A stretch of DNA of 64,000 nt, from NCBI GenBank assembly GCA_030390025.1, contig CM059433.1, forward strand, positions 11,968,001 to 12,032,000, written 5' to 3'. This stretch comes from Squalus acanthias. Lineage: Eukaryota. Below, one piece after another: positions 1-13,114 of the stretch (its first letter is position 1; the number at the start of each line of letters is the position of its first letter). A model generated the notes under the pieces. The model searched no databases, was not told the origin of the DNA, and saw only the letters and a program-made list of their open reading frames with translations. The position numbers and the translations under genes are program-made.

Positions 1-112
1 AAAGAATTACAGTGTATCTTTAAGAGTTCACTTTAATGTTCATTTTAAATGGGCAGAGTTATCAGTGAGCAGGAAACGAAGGATATGGAGTACTGCGTGA
101 TAATCCCCTTAA

Positions 113-577
113 AAAGAAAGACATGCATTTATATAGCGCCTTTCACGACCACCGGATGTCTTAAAGCTCTTTACAGCCAATGAAGTACTTTTGGAGTGTA
201 GTCACTGTTGTAATGTGGGAAACGCAGCAGCCAATTTGCGCACAGCAAGCTCCCACAAACAGCAATGTGATAATGACCAGATAATTTGTTTTTGTTAGTT
301 GAGGGATAAATATTGGCCAGGACACCGGAGATAACTCCCCTGCTCTTCTTCGAAATAGTGGCCATGGGATCTTTTAAGTCCACCTGAGAGAGAGCAGACG
401 GGGTCTCGGTTTAACGTCTCATCCGAAAGACGGCACCTCCGACAGTGCAGCACTCCCTCAGCACTGCACTGGGAGTGTCAGCCCAGCTTTATGTGCTCCA
501 GTCCCAGGAGTGGGACTTGAACCCACAACCTTCTGACTCAGAGGCGAGTGTGCTACCCACTGAGCCACAGCTGACAC
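113..577 (-). mobile_element. Deu-domain SINE (SacSINE1/AmnSINE1-like), full length
   Basis: tRNA-like head with A/B boxes, CTTTCGGATGAGACGTTAAAC core, GAAAGGCGCTATATAAATGCA tail; several similar copies in the window. Confidence 0.85.
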
Positions 578-1298
578 CTTATTTGAATGGAATTTTTATG
601 TCTAATGAAGCTCTCTCATATTCTGTCTAAGAACAGGCAACAATGATGGGAACTAGCCATGGAAACTTGGAAAGGGAGCCAATAAGTTTTAGAACTTGTT
701 ATTTTCTAGATCCTGCTTGCCTAGACTGGCATTTTTATCCTATAGTTGGCTACAGACCATTTCCTCCTTGAGACAGGAGGCGGCGAGGCGGAGTGGGGGT
801 GTGGCGGTGGCGGGAACTGTCTAGCCCAAAGCAGCAAGTTATAGCTTGTCATTTACAGTATTCAAAGATAAATCAAAAGGCTGAACTGATAGAAAATGAG
901 GAAAGAGAAATTTAAATAACAAAAAGTGGGGGTATTTTGTCTTTGTGCGAGAGTGTAAAACAGGCAATTATCAGACCAGTTGTCTGTTATACATCTCTCC
1001 CGCTTTTCATTTCCATTGACTTCCATTGACCTTCCTCTTTTTACACTATCGCACAAAGTCAAAATTACCTTCAGTCTTGTTCTCTGAAAAGATAAAGTAC
1101 AAGAAAATGGTTTTGCTAAAAACATTTATCCTATTTGTGCTGTACATCTAAGAACATTGGTGAAAAATGAGACTTACACAAAAACTCTGGCGGTTCTAAT
1201 CATCCTCCACTGAGGTACCATAGCGTTTAAAACCAATACCAATCTATCCATCGTGGATGTGGAATAATATCATGCTACAACATCAGGAGCTGACTGAA

Positions 1299-1690
1299 TT
1301 AAGGTATATCCTTATCAAATTCACAGACAAAATACATTGTAATATGACAGGCGACATCGTTCCACCCCCCAGAAGATACCATTTCCGCACAGTCTTCTTC
1401 ATCATAGGCATTGTTTGGTTCTCCATTCCGCCACTTGTTGAAGGCCAGCAGGGGTGACCCATCTGTAAAGACAAACTGGCCTTCCTCCTCCAGATCATTA
1501 ACGCCAATGAATACTCTGCTGAGCCCTGCTTCACTGATGTAAGAAGCAATGAGGCTGTTGGTTGCCTCATCTTTTGGCATTATGAGAAGTCCTCCTCGGT
1601 CACGACAATACTCATGGGCATCCGTGTACCTCTTCTCTTCCTTCACCAGCAGGTAAATCTTATTTTCTACCTCTCGTACTCCAGCAACAG
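1299..1690 (-). CDS. COLEC11: Collectin-11 last coding exon (C-type lectin domain, stop)
   Basis: AG acceptor at 1692-1691; translates (A)[21 protein letters not shown]...[11 protein letters not shown]...WNDVAC...[14 protein letters not shown] mannose-type CRD motifs. Joined CDS 130+72+72+54+96+392=816 nt = 271 aa. Confidence 0.97.
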
Positions 1691-2810
1691 CTGCAGGGGA
1701 GGGCAGTGCTGAAAAGTGAGCACTTTGATTTCTGTTATATTTAATAAGACATAAGCAGCTTTACAAAGACACATTTTTCTCCCATGCAAATTCCGATTTC
1801 AGCTGGCATGCCTACGCCCATGTTCAAACGTCGTTTTACAAATGCTGCTGGAGGGGAAGTACCAAAATGAATTTGAATATGGTTTCGAGGCTTGTTCCTA
1901 TGCAACAAATGCAAAACGTCGCACATTGGGTGCAAGATCCCGATGCACAATATTGGACCCTTCAACGCATTGAAGGGCTTTGGAGACAAAACAGAGGAGA
2001 GGCAGTAATTTGCAAGGACTGAGTTGGCAAAATTGAGTTACAATGATTCGTGCCAGTTTTTAATATATGCAGTAGATGCAAGGTGCCTGTGTATTTTGAG
2101 TGTTGAAACCAAAAAGTCCACAAGTTTGTGAATTTTAACCAACTATTAAATGTCCTAGATTTTTTTTTTAAGTATTACAACCCCTGGTAATGCAAGCAAA
2201 TGCAGAAATACACTATTACCTCTAGCATATTAAAGAGAATGAGAAAGTTAATCATCCTATTTACTGATTTTTGTTTTCAATTACAGTACAAAGCAGAGGT
2301 TCTGACCACAATCTTTCAAACATCCCTCAATATGGAAGTTGTGCCATCGGACTGGAGGACTGACAACGTAATATCTCCATTCAAAAAGGGAGAACGGCAT
2401 CAACCAGGTCACTATGGACCATTCATCCTAACGTCAATAGTGGCTAAGCTTTTAGAGGCCGTAATACAAGGTCAAAATAATACTCACCTAAAAAAATGTA
2501 GGGTTAATTGAGTACAGCCAACATGGATTTGTAAAAAGTAAGACATAAGAAATAAGAGCAGGAGTTGACCATTCGGCCCCTCGAGCCTGCTCCGCCATTC
2601 AATAAGATCATGGCTGATCATCGACCTCAACTCCACTTTCCCGCCCGATCTCCATATCTCTTGATTCCCCTAGAGTCCAAAAATCTATCTATCTCAGCCT
2701 TGAATATACTCAAAGACTCAGCATTCACAGCCCTCTGGGGCAGAGAATTCCAAAACTTCACAACCCTCTGAGTGAAGAAATTCCTCCTCATCTCAGTCTT
2801 AAATGGCCTA

Positions 2811-2950
2811 CCCCTTATCCTGAGACTATGCCCCTTATCCTGAGACTATGCCCCTTATCCTGAGACTATGCCCCTTATCCTGAGACTATGCCCCTTATCC
2901 TGAGACTATGCCCCTTATCCTGAGACTATGTCCCTTATCCTGAGACTATG
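2811..2950 (+). repeat. 20-bp tandem repeat x7 (CCCCTTATCCTGAGACTATG)
   Basis: Directly visible; sits at the truncated end of a minus-strand LINE tail (2540-2830). Confidence 0.95.
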
Positions 2951-3300
2951 CATGGTAAATTTAATAGAATTCTTCGAGGAAATAATGGAGTGTTCCGATA
3001 ATGGAAATGCTGTGGCTATTGTGTCTATAGATTCTGAAAAGGCATTTGACAAGATGTCGTATAGGAGGCTTGTTGATAAAATTAAGGCACATAATATTAA
3101 AGATAGGAAGATGGTTAAAAGACAGTCAACAGAGCTTAATGGATGTTTATTGAACTGGAGGGATGTAAACAGTGGTATCACCCAGGCATCAGTGTTGAGA
3201 CCATTGCTCATCTCAATATATTTTATATATATGAATTGGACTTGGGTATAGAGGCACACTATCAAAAACAGGGAGTGTGATTAAATGCCAAGAACACTGT

Positions 3301-3671
3301 GGGGGGAGAAAATTCGGTGGCTTTGCACCTCCCGTTAGCGCCCTAAGAGGGCGTTAACGGGGCGTAAAGCAACTAGCACCCGGGCGTGGCAATGTTTGCG
3401 CCGCTCGCGAAATTGACCAGAGTTTTTGCGGCGGCGCTAAACACTACCACCACGATCTCCTGCGCCCGCAGATCGTGACGTCAGTCGAGCGTGCAACGCC
3501 CCGGTAACGCCCCGGACCGGATATTGCGTGGCGCCCCCTGCCTTGCCACCTGCCGCAAGCAACAGCAGGGAGAGTGGAACATTTTGCAGTCAGGAAGGGA
3601 CTGGGGAAGCGCTATTTAAAGGCAACCACTTCCTGACTTTTTTTGTCGGCGACATTTTTGCACCACGCATT

Positions 3672-3710
<39 letters not shown>

Positions 3711-4215
3711 ACTTCTGGAGAGATTCAACGCTGTGCGAAGGAGTTTTGGGTACTGAGCAGCACTTTGCAGGTTCATTTTGATTTGACCTTCCTTGCATCG
3801 ATTTAGGAGAGACTATGGGGGCTGCACTCTGAGCTCTTTCCCTGGGCCTCTACATTGTTCTTTCCAGGAAAATTGATGTACAGGTCTCTCCAGGCCGAGA
3901 TTCAAGGCTGCAATGAGCAGGATGTGGATGGAGAGCAAGATCAACCCTCCCCTTTAAGAACTGGCCGGTGCCAGTGTGTCTGTGTTCCATTGCTGACTGA
4001 TATCACATGAGCTTCGCCAGCGCTCTGAGGTAGCGCCTCGCTCCTCGGCGTTAGCACCTTAAGAGAGGTGTGTAGCGCCTGATTTAGCGCTCCAATCACC
4101 TCCAGGGGCGATAGAAGCCAAGTTTGCAGTCGGAGGCGATAATTAGCACCAGGCACTAAACTTTGTGCCCGGCCGATAATTGCGCCCCAAACGGGGCGAT
4201 ACTGAATTTCTCCCC
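3301..4215. mobile_element. Non-autonomous DNA transposon (MITE), GGGGAGAAATTC-type TIRs; contains (GA)n at ~3674-3706
   Basis: Termini GGGGAGAAAATTC / GAATTTCTCCCC; inverted copy at 26886-27797. Confidence 0.8.
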
Positions 4216-4642
4216 GTATAAGTGGTTTCAGGAGGACATAAACAGGTTAGATTAGATCAATAGATGTCAGATGAAATTTAAGGTGGTGAATGTGAGCTGA
4301 TACATTTGGGAGGAAGAATATGGAGAGGACATACACATTCAGTGATAAAACTTTAAAAGGAGTAGAGGAGCAGAGAGACTTGGCGTTTCCTGCATTACAA
4401 CTGTGACGACACTTCAAAAGTGCTTCATTGACTGTAAAGCACTTTGGGACGTCCTGAGGTTGTGAAAGGTGCTATATAAACGCAAGTTCAAGTTTATCAT
4501 ATACACAGATCTTTAAAAAGGGGGAGAACAAGTTGATAAAGATGTAAAAATATAGGATTGTAGGTCTTTTTTTATTAATTGGGGTATAGAATACAAAAGC
4601 AAAAAGGTAATATTAAATCTATTCACATCATTCACATCACAA

Positions 4643-5077
4643 GGGCAACACGGTGGCATAGTGGTTAGCACTGGTGCCTCACAGCGCCAGGGACCCGGGT
4701 TCGAATCTGACCTAGGGTGACTGTCTGTGTGGAGTTTGCACATTCTCCCCGTGTCTGCGTGGGTTTCCTCCGGGTGCTCCGGTTTCCTCCCACAGTCCAA
4801 AAATGTGCGGGTTAGGTTGATTTGGCTATGATAAATTGACCCTTAGTGTTAGGGGGGGATTAAATATGTGGGGTTATGGGGATAGGATGGGATATGTTAG
4901 GGGGAATTAAATACGTGGGGTTACGGGGGTAGGGTGGGATATGTGTACTGTGGGGATTAAAGCAGGGACAGGGTACTGGATTTGGATGATCAGCCATGAT
5001 CGTATTGAATGGTGGAGCAGGCTCGACGGGCCGAATGGCCTACTCCTGCTCCTAGATTCTATGTTTCTATGTTTCTA
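4643..5077 (+). mobile_element. V-SINE (HE1-like), full length
   Basis: tRNA head (TGGCATAGTGG, GGTTCGAATC), V-domain GTGGAGTTTGCACATTCTCCCCGTGTCTGCGTGGGTTTCCTCCGGGTGCTCCGG, CR1-type tail ending in TTCTATGT repeats. Confidence 0.85.
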
Positions 5078-5633
5078 TTGATTAGGCCATAGTTAAGGCA
5101 CCTGATTAAGAAATATGTAAGGAGAATACAGAAGAAATTCTCCAAAATGACACTAGGCTTTAGAGTTACGACAAGAAACTAGAGATCTGGGCTCTTTTCA
5201 TTAGACCAAAGAAGGTTAAGGAAAGATCTAACGGAAGTATTTAAAATTGTGCAGAGTTTTGTTAAAATAAATCAGGAAAGATTGTTTCCACTGGTCAGTG
5301 AGTCTGTAACTAAAGGGCATAAATTTAAGATCATCATCAAAAGAGAAAGGGAGAGGTTAGGAGATTTTATTTTTATTTTATACAGACCGTAGTTAGGACG
5401 TGGGACACCTTACCAGAAATAATGGTGGCAGGTGAATTCAGAATGACTTTTAAAAGGGAAGTGGATAAATGTTTGAAAAAATAATAAAAAGGCTGAGGTA
5501 AAGGGGACTAAGCTCTTTCAGAGAGCTGGCTCAGATGCAATTGGCTAAATGGCCTCTTTCTATGCTGTAATATTTTATCACTCTACGATTTAAATCAGGA
5601 TCATCTGAATATCTCTACACTCCCATTAAACTT

Positions 5634-6465
5634 TATGGCCTGAAGTTTCTGCTAGTTTGCGCTGAAATCGACCAAACCAATGCAAAAGATCACGGGATTT
5701 TAAACGCAAGTAACATCTAAGATGTAAATTGAGTTTCCTCGATCTTGAACGCCGATTTTTTTAAAAATCCTGCTGGATGCCGGCTCCACCCACAAAACTG
5801 GCCACGCTCCCAGATCGAAATAATAAGCACGCCAATTACCCCCATTCGAGGAGGCGCTTCTAATTCATAGAATCATAGAAGAAACATAGAAGATAGGAGC
5901 AGGAGTAGGCCATTCGGCCCCTCGAGCCTGCTCTGCCATTCAATGCGATCATGGCTGATCATCCAAATTCAGTACCCTGTCCCTGCTTTCTCCCCAATTA
6001 AGCTTTTTTTTTTAGGCGTTCAAGCACTAGTAGGCACACTTTAAAAGTTTTTAAATATTAAATTTACTAAGGAACCGACTAGTGTACACCAATGAAACTA
6101 GTAAATGGTTCAGTATAGTTTTTTTTTTAAGTCATTTTCAGTGATTTAAAATCAGTTTACTCACAGGTAGTGCACTGGACACTTATTAAAAAGGCTTATT
6201 TTTGGTGATAAACCCATTTTCAGCTGTATTAATAAAACTGCGCCAGGTTACCATCAAGGAATATTTTTAAATGCAAGGTAAAAAGAATAAACAATTACTT
6301 TCGATTAGGCTGCCCAATTGCGCTGGTTTATGGAAGATTTTACGCTTGTGATTATGCAAACGAGTTTGGGCAGAAACGTGAACTATAACTTCACTTCGAA
6401 AAAACAGCGCAATTTCAAGCGCCCAGATTGCCGATTGCACCCAAAGCAGAAACTCTACCTCCATA
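5634..6465. mobile_element. Probable MITE with nested LINE-tail insertion
   Basis: Imperfect TIRs TATGGCCTGAAGTTTCTGCT / AGCAGAAACTCTACCTCCATA; AT-rich centre. Confidence 0.55.
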
Positions 6466-6695
6466 TATTTAACAATTGTACAATTTCTAGTTGAGCCATA
6501 ATGCGTTATAAACTAACGGATTACTGCCTTATATATACACACATGCCTGCACTTTGCAATTGTTCCAGTTTGAAAGATTAATGACTGTCTTTTAGAGCAC
6601 ATGATCAACCAAAGTAAATTTCATCCGACAGTAAGAGGTGAAATGGCATTTCAATGCTATAGCAAAGAGGTCTTAGTGTAAATGATCAAACTTAC

Positions 6696-6791
6696 CATTT
6701 TTAATGAAATTGAGTTCATTTGTTAGCTGTGTCACAAGGATGTCCATTTCTCCAATTACCTTTCTCAGTTGGCCACATTCACAGGGTAAGC
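6696..6791 (-). CDS. COLEC11: Collectin-11 neck (coiled-coil) exon, 96 nt
   Basis: AG/GTAAG boundaries; [32 protein letters not shown], matching the CL-K1 neck. Confidence 0.96.
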
Positions 6792-6889
6792 CTGAGGAGA
6801 TTGTACAGGTCGTTACTCAGGCACAGAATTAAAGAAACAGACTTGACGTAAAGCAGAGTTATACCCAATAGAAGTTCTAATGACTCTAC

Positions 6890-6943
6890 CTGGATCTCCG
6901 TTTTCCCCTTTGAGTCCTATTTTGCCATTGTCTCCTTTGTTTC
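6890..6943 (-). CDS. COLEC11: Collectin-11 collagen exon, 54 nt
   Basis: AG/GT boundaries, phase 1; GNKGDNGKIGLKGENGDP (Gly-X-Y); 98-nt intron to the neck exon. Confidence 0.94.
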
Positions 6944-7815
6944 CTGATGAGTTAAAAAAATAAGAATTTGAGTTTCTCGAGTTTCTACTCAGAACTAAAG
7001 CTTCTCATCCCGAGTATCATCTTCATTTCTTCTGAACCCTCTCCTTAGCCTTGACGTAATTCTTAAAGTTAAGTGCCCACAATATTCTACCTATGGCCTA
7101 ATCATAGTTTGAATATAACTGATGATATAACTGTTAAAATATCTATAATATTTTTGAAATCTCATGTCTTGCACGCACTTCCTGTCTATCAAACTTTACT
7201 TCCTGTTGTCAACTTTTCCCATCATAAATTATTTTGTCCACATTTATAATGGAAATTGCCCACGTAAACTGGTCACAAGGTAATTACCAGTAGTGGAGCT
7301 CTACCATCTGAGTTTTGAAGCTTCTGGCTCCTCAGCCTGTACTATAGAGAAACCCCTATGTGCTCCAACCAACTCTACTTCTCTGCTTTCCAAATTTCTC
7401 CAAGTTTTGCTATTTAACTATAAATAATCATATAAAAATCAAAGTATTGTATAAAACTAAGGACAAAATGCGATATTTTAAGTTGGGGACTGAATTACAT
7501 CTGTGCGCCCTGGTCTAATTATCTCCTGCCCTCTAACTCCGCTTCATCTGAAGATAACACTTGGTCTTGACTCCCCAATATGCAACGCCACAAGAGATCA
7601 AATAATATCAATAATTATGATCCTGTGACTGTAATTTTAAGAGCCTCTACTCCTGGCTGGGAGCCTTCCTGTCAGGAGCACCAATCGGAAATTCCAGCGC
7701 ACACTCCAAATGGTCTGATAATCATGGATAGTGCACACCAGAATTACCCCATATCTCTTTACTTTAACCAGGTCAAAATGTACAGCACGCAGACAATAGG
7801 TGCAATGACTAACTA

Positions 7816-8493
7816 CAGGAATCCCGCCCCAACCGCGGTTTTGCCATACGCGGATTTCACGTACACACGGTTTCCTCTCTGCGACAATTTTTGCCAACCG
7901 CGGCAGTGAATTTTGCGTATACGCGGTTTTTAACTTTCAAGTTTCACGGGTCGCGCTTCCAAACACGAGACTCCATTCGTCCGCGCCGCTCTTTTCAGCC
8001 TATTTACTACCACGCGTGGTCTCGCTCAACGCCTGCTGGGGTAAACTTTGGAGGGAGGCAGTGAATGACTTCCGAGGCTTCCCTACAGTTGACGCTGAAG
8101 TTCAGCGCATTGTGAAGGTTGCGCGGGGCTGGCCGACATGCAGCCTGATGACGTCGAGGAGCTCCTTGAGTCGCATGGCGAGGAGTTGACGGAGGAGGAC
8201 CTTGATGAGCTGATGCAGCATTCTAGTGAGGCAGAGGACGAGGACGAAGACGAGGATATGGTGGAGAAGTCGAAGATGACAAGTGCCAACCTTAGCAAGG
8301 CAATGCTCCTTGCTACTGATCTCTCGACCTCTTTATGGAGATTGACCCATACTTAGGCTCTGACGAGAGTAAATGCAGCCGCGTTCCCCCTGAACCCCAT
8401 TTTTCCCATAAGGTCTTATATTTGCCAACCGTGGTTTTACCAACCACGGGGGTTTTCAGGGACGTATCCCTCGCGGTTGGGGAGGGATTACTG
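7816..8493 (+). mobile_element. pogo/Tigger-type non-autonomous DNA transposon
   Basis: TA flanks; TIRs CAGGAATCCCGCCCCAACCGCG / CGCGGTTGGGGAGGGATTACTG; internal acidic peptide DVEELLESHGEELTEEDLDEL like a Tigger transposase C-terminus. Confidence 0.85.
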
Positions 8494-9029
8494 TATCTGA
8501 CTTTGTGCTCCAGGCAGGGAGCATCACCCACCAGGAGCACATATTGAACATTCTGGCTCAAAATACCCCATGATTTTCTGACCAAAAATGATGGAAACTC
8601 TTGGGAATTTTCTGATATGTGCTCCCAATGGGCAAGCTTCTTTGCCAGAAGGACAGACTCTTAACATTACCCTTATCTCTTTATTTAAACATGGCATGCA
8701 GAAATTACGCTGTGGTCAAAACATTATCAAACACCGCTCCTATGATGGCTCAATTGGTAAATGAATTGTCCAGTGTGGAACCAAGCCAAACAGACCAGGA
8801 AGTGCCATGATTTCTTTCTAATCTGTGTTGAGATGGCTAACCTCAGGTGGAATATTAGCAGCAGCGCTATCACCTCAGCTTTATCTACAAGGGTAGTGGG
8901 AATATCAGCAAGGATCTGTTAGTCAATAACCCTTACTGGGAGGGTGTTTGCATTTATAGATGTTGGGTGAGGCAGGAATGGGCTTGACTGTGATGCCACA
9001 AAGGTCAGAATGCCTGCTAACATTCAGTA

Positions 9030-9515
9030 TGATTTGGACAGGCTGGGTGATTGGGCAGATGCATGGCAGATGCAGTATAATGTGGATAAATGCAAGGTTA
9101 TCCACTTTGGTGGCAAAAACAGGAAGGCAGATTATTATCTGAACGGCAATAGATTGGGAGAAGGGGAAGTGCAACGAGACCTGGGTGTCCTTGTGCACCA
9201 GTCGCTGAAGGTAAGCATGCAGGTGCAGCAGGCGGTGAAGAAGGCAAATGGTATGTTGGCCTTCATAGCGAGAGGATTCGAGTACAGGAGCAAGGATGTC
9301 TTGCTGCAGTTGTACAGGGCCTTGGTGAGGCCACACCTTGAGTACTGTGTGCAGTTTTGGTCGCCTTATCTGAGGAAGGATGTTCTTGCCATGGAGGGAG
9401 TGCAGTGAAGATTCACAAGGCTGATACCTGGGTTGGCAGGAATGATGTATGAAGAGAGATCGGGTCGATTAGGCTTATATTCGCTAGAGTTTAGATAGAA
9501 TGAGAGGGGATCTCA
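9030..9515 (+). mobile_element. CR1-type LINE ORF2 fragment
   Basis: DLDRLGDWADAWQMQYNVDKCKVIHFG...LVRPHLEYCVQFWSP. Confidence 0.9.
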
Positions 9516-10514
9516 TTGTTTAATATGGTGAATGGTCATTTGGGTGAGGTACCAGAGGGCAGCCAGTATCTACAGAACCATACTGCAGCACCATGAGCAG
9601 GAGAGGAGGCGGGGAGGGGAGAAAATTAGATGGTAAAATTTCAGACAAATGATAATCAGACATAAAAAAAATTGAATGAAATGGCGGTTTTATTTACTTA
9701 AATGTACACAATGCATATTACTGATAAACTGGAACTAGTTATCATGTTAATAATGCATTTGCACTTTTATAGAGGGAAGTCATCCTGTGTGGGATGACAC
9801 GGTACTTATTTCAGTAAATTTGCTAGATTGGTTCTAAAGCACCAGAAGTTGGATTGGGTGCCTCAACAAAGCAGCCTTTTTTCATGTATGAACTTAACTA
9901 GTAAGTGTCAACAAGCTATTCGACTATAGACAGCCTCACATCTGAACCCAATCCTGTCATCACAAAAGTTCACTTTTTCAGCAGGAATCACTGAACTATC
10001 AGGAAAACGCCGGCTTCTTCCCCCTAGCGTGGGGACACCGAGGTCAATCATAGCACTCTGCTGCTGGCTGACCCGAGATAAACTAATCCAGCACAGGCCA
10101 GGGGGGTCAAATCTGCGGCTTTGCTGTACATCCTAACACCACATAATGCCTTTACCCAGTGAGTCATTGAGGGAGCCATGTTTTCTGCCCTCAAATTGTA
10201 ACCAATCACTTTTATCCCTCTTCGTCCAAAATCACCGGATTCAGTCAATTTGCTTTTGCACCTTATTTAGTGGAATCTGGCCAGGGTAGGGGGTGAGAGA
10301 GAAGTTAACTAATTTGGATGGATAGTGGCTAAGAGGGTGGAAATAGTCACTTTGATAGGAGTAGAACCATGATTAATGAGGAAAAACATGAGATGGAAAA
10401 GCTGTATCACAGAAAATAGTGTTTGGCTGGAAGAGGCATAAAATCCACACATCTGTTCAGTTGGATTGTGTGCCAATGATTTTTTTACAAATAACAACAA
10501 GAATGTTAAAATAC

Positions 10515-10586
10515 CTTTTAACCCAACCGGGCCTATTTTGCCATGGCGACCCATTGCACCTTTTAGGCCTTTTTCACCGATAGATC
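10515..10586 (-). CDS. COLEC11: Collectin-11 collagen exon, 72 nt
   Basis: AG/GT boundaries; GSIGEKGLKGAMGRHGKIGPVGLK. Confidence 0.95.
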
Positions 10587-13114
10587 CTGCAACAGAAAAA
10601 AAGTTGTAGATTATTCAACAAAATCTTTCCAACTACTTCATTTCACGTAACTTCATAGGATTAATCCCTTCACTCCCCAAAAATGTCAGAAATGTCTGTT
10701 ATTATCAAGAATGCGGTTTCGTGGTTTTGAAGGAAATAAGACCATATGAGAAACGTAATCCCACCCCCCCCCCCAAAAACACTTGTAAAAATCTAAGCAG
10801 TAAAATGAATTTCGACCTAGTCACCATAAATCTACAGCCCTAGTTACCATTGAAACATTGAAACATAGAAGATAGGAGCAGGAGTAGGCCATTCGGCCCC
10901 TCGATGCTCCGCCATTCAATGCGATCATAGCTGATCATCCAAATTCAGTACCCTGTCCCTGCTTTCTCCCCATATCCCTTGATCCCCTTAGCCTTAAGAA
11001 ATATATCTAACTCCTTCTTGAATATATTTAATGAATTGGACTCAACTGTCTTCTGTCTTGCCCGCACAATTTTGTCGCACATGCACGCAAGGAAGTTAAG
11101 TTAAGACAGGTGATCCACTGATCTATTGTCTGTGATGAAGATAAATGGCAAAAATATGTGGAGATTTCCAGAAATTATGTAGATGATGTAGATTGATGTG
11201 TTAAAAATTAGCAGCAGTTGACATTTTGGCAAGGAGTCCAATCAAATTATGAAAAATTTTGATAGAGTGGATAGAGAGAGAATGTTTCCACTTGTGGGGA
11301 AGAGCATAACTAGAGGCCATCAATATAAGATAGTCACCAAGAAATCCAATAGGGAATTCAGAAGCAACTTCTTTACCCAGAGAGTGGTGAGAATGTGGAA
11401 CTCACTACCACAGGGAGTGGTTGAAGTGAATAGTATAGATGCATTTAAGGGGAGGCTGGACAAGCATATGAGGGAGAAGGGAATAGAGGGTTACGCTGAT
11501 AGATTTAGATGAGGAAAGATGGGAGGAGGCTAAACGCCGGCATGGACTGGTTGTGCCAAATGGCCTATTTCTGTGCCGTATATCCTCTGTAATCCAAAGC
11601 TTTTCTTGTAGGTGGTGTGAGCTGGTTTTAGTTAAGGAAAGCATGTGAGCGATGCTGGCAAAGCTGCATTTTTATTTCCCATCCCTAGTTACCCTAGAGG
11701 TGGTGGTGCCATCTCCTTGAACTGCTGCAACCATGGTGATGAGGGCGCAGCCAGAATGGTGTTAGATAGAGAATTCCAGGATATTGTCCCAGCAACAATT
11801 GAAGGATTGGTGATATATGTCCAAGTCAGGATGTTGAATGACTCGTAAGAAGTTGGAGCTGATGGTGTCCAATACAGTGCCCTGTGCTTTAGCTGCTCTG
11901 TTTTAAGCTACAATGAGAGTACAGTACTATGAATATAATGAACATATTCGCTAGCAACAATATTATATCGTGCTTTAAAGAGGGGGTGAGTTAATCATCA
12001 CTACACTGGCGGTCAGACCCTCAACACTTCTGTTAAAAAGTAGCAAATGCTGAGGTTTGAACTTTTGTTCCCAAACTTTGGAGGTCCTCAGATTTAAACA
12101 GAAATATTTCAAAAACTGACATTTGATCCATAAATACAAATAAATATAAACACATGGAATAACCAGTTAGTCATTGGATTCATTCTCTGGCTGACCTCTG
12201 TTAGTGTGTGACCTCCTGTCCTTTATTCTAAACACAGGCCTGACCACTTACACGCAGTGATCATTAAAACAAACCATGGTGAGCTAATGACAGCTTGAAG
12301 ATTAATTAATGTCCATGTGACATGCAGTGGCTGTTAAGCACTGCTTGGGAGGTACAAATAAGAAGCACAGCTTGCGGGACATTCTTCATTTTCTGAATAC
12401 AGAAGATCATGTTGAAGAATTATTTTCAGATTATTCAGGCCACACACAACAAGCACATTTAAATATCCCAACCTGATACGCAAATATGAAGGATTCATTT
12501 TCATTTGGTATACATAGTCACAATGCTCGACATTTCAATATTAACCTAAATTTACTTTAGTTATTAACATAACACCCACAGAAAGGATGTCATTTTCTGC
12601 AAAGCCTTCTACAGGCACTGGGAAATAAGGAATTGGTAAGAAGCCAATTTCTGAGCTTGTGGGAATATGCCGCAGCAGTTTAAAAAAAAACACACATTTG
12701 CCATAAATGGATAACGCCATTAAGCATGACACTAGTTGCAATAATGGGATCCTTGTTGATTTTTTTTCAAGTTCTGTAGGAAGATAAGAACAGGAGTAGG
12801 CCATTCACCCCCTGAAGACTGCTCCGCCATTCAATTAGATCATGGCTGATCTGTCCCTAAACTCTATTCACCCACCTTAACTCCATATTGCTTGACACCC
12901 TTACCTAACAAAAATCTATCAATGTCAGTTTTGAAAACTCCAATTGTCCCAGTATCCACAGTCTTTTTTGGAGCAGAGAATTCCAGATTTCTACAGAACT
13001 TTCAAAAAAAAAGTCCTTCCTGATTTTCCTCTTAAATGGCACAGCTCTAATTTTAAGTTTATTTCCTCTCGTTCTTGATTCCCCCGCCAGAAGAAATAGT
13101 TTTTATTATTCATT

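Larger units (their letters stand above)
2290..5580 (+). mobile_element. Decayed CR1-type LINE ORF2/3' end, interrupted by a LINE tail, a MITE and SINEs
   Basis: RT-like peptides VPSDWRTDNVISPFKKG, NLIEFFEE, IDSEKAFDKM, SGITQASVLRPLL; continues after 4216. Confidence 0.8.

Noticed and set aside
600..1298. COLEC11 polyadenylation site
   Set aside because: I found no canonical AATAAA on the minus strand here; the 3' end cannot be placed.
1299..1646. 115-aa ORF as a stand-alone lectin gene, or as COLEC10
   Set aside because: It is part of the last exon of a spliced gene; neck sequence, length and RPS7 adjacency favour COLEC11.
4643..4720. tRNA gene
   Set aside because: tRNA-derived SINE head continuing into V-domain and LINE tail; the same applies to 30433 and similar heads.
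8138..8356. Acidic 72-aa ORF as a host gene
   Set aside because: Lies within TIRs and resembles a Tigger transposase C-terminal remnant.
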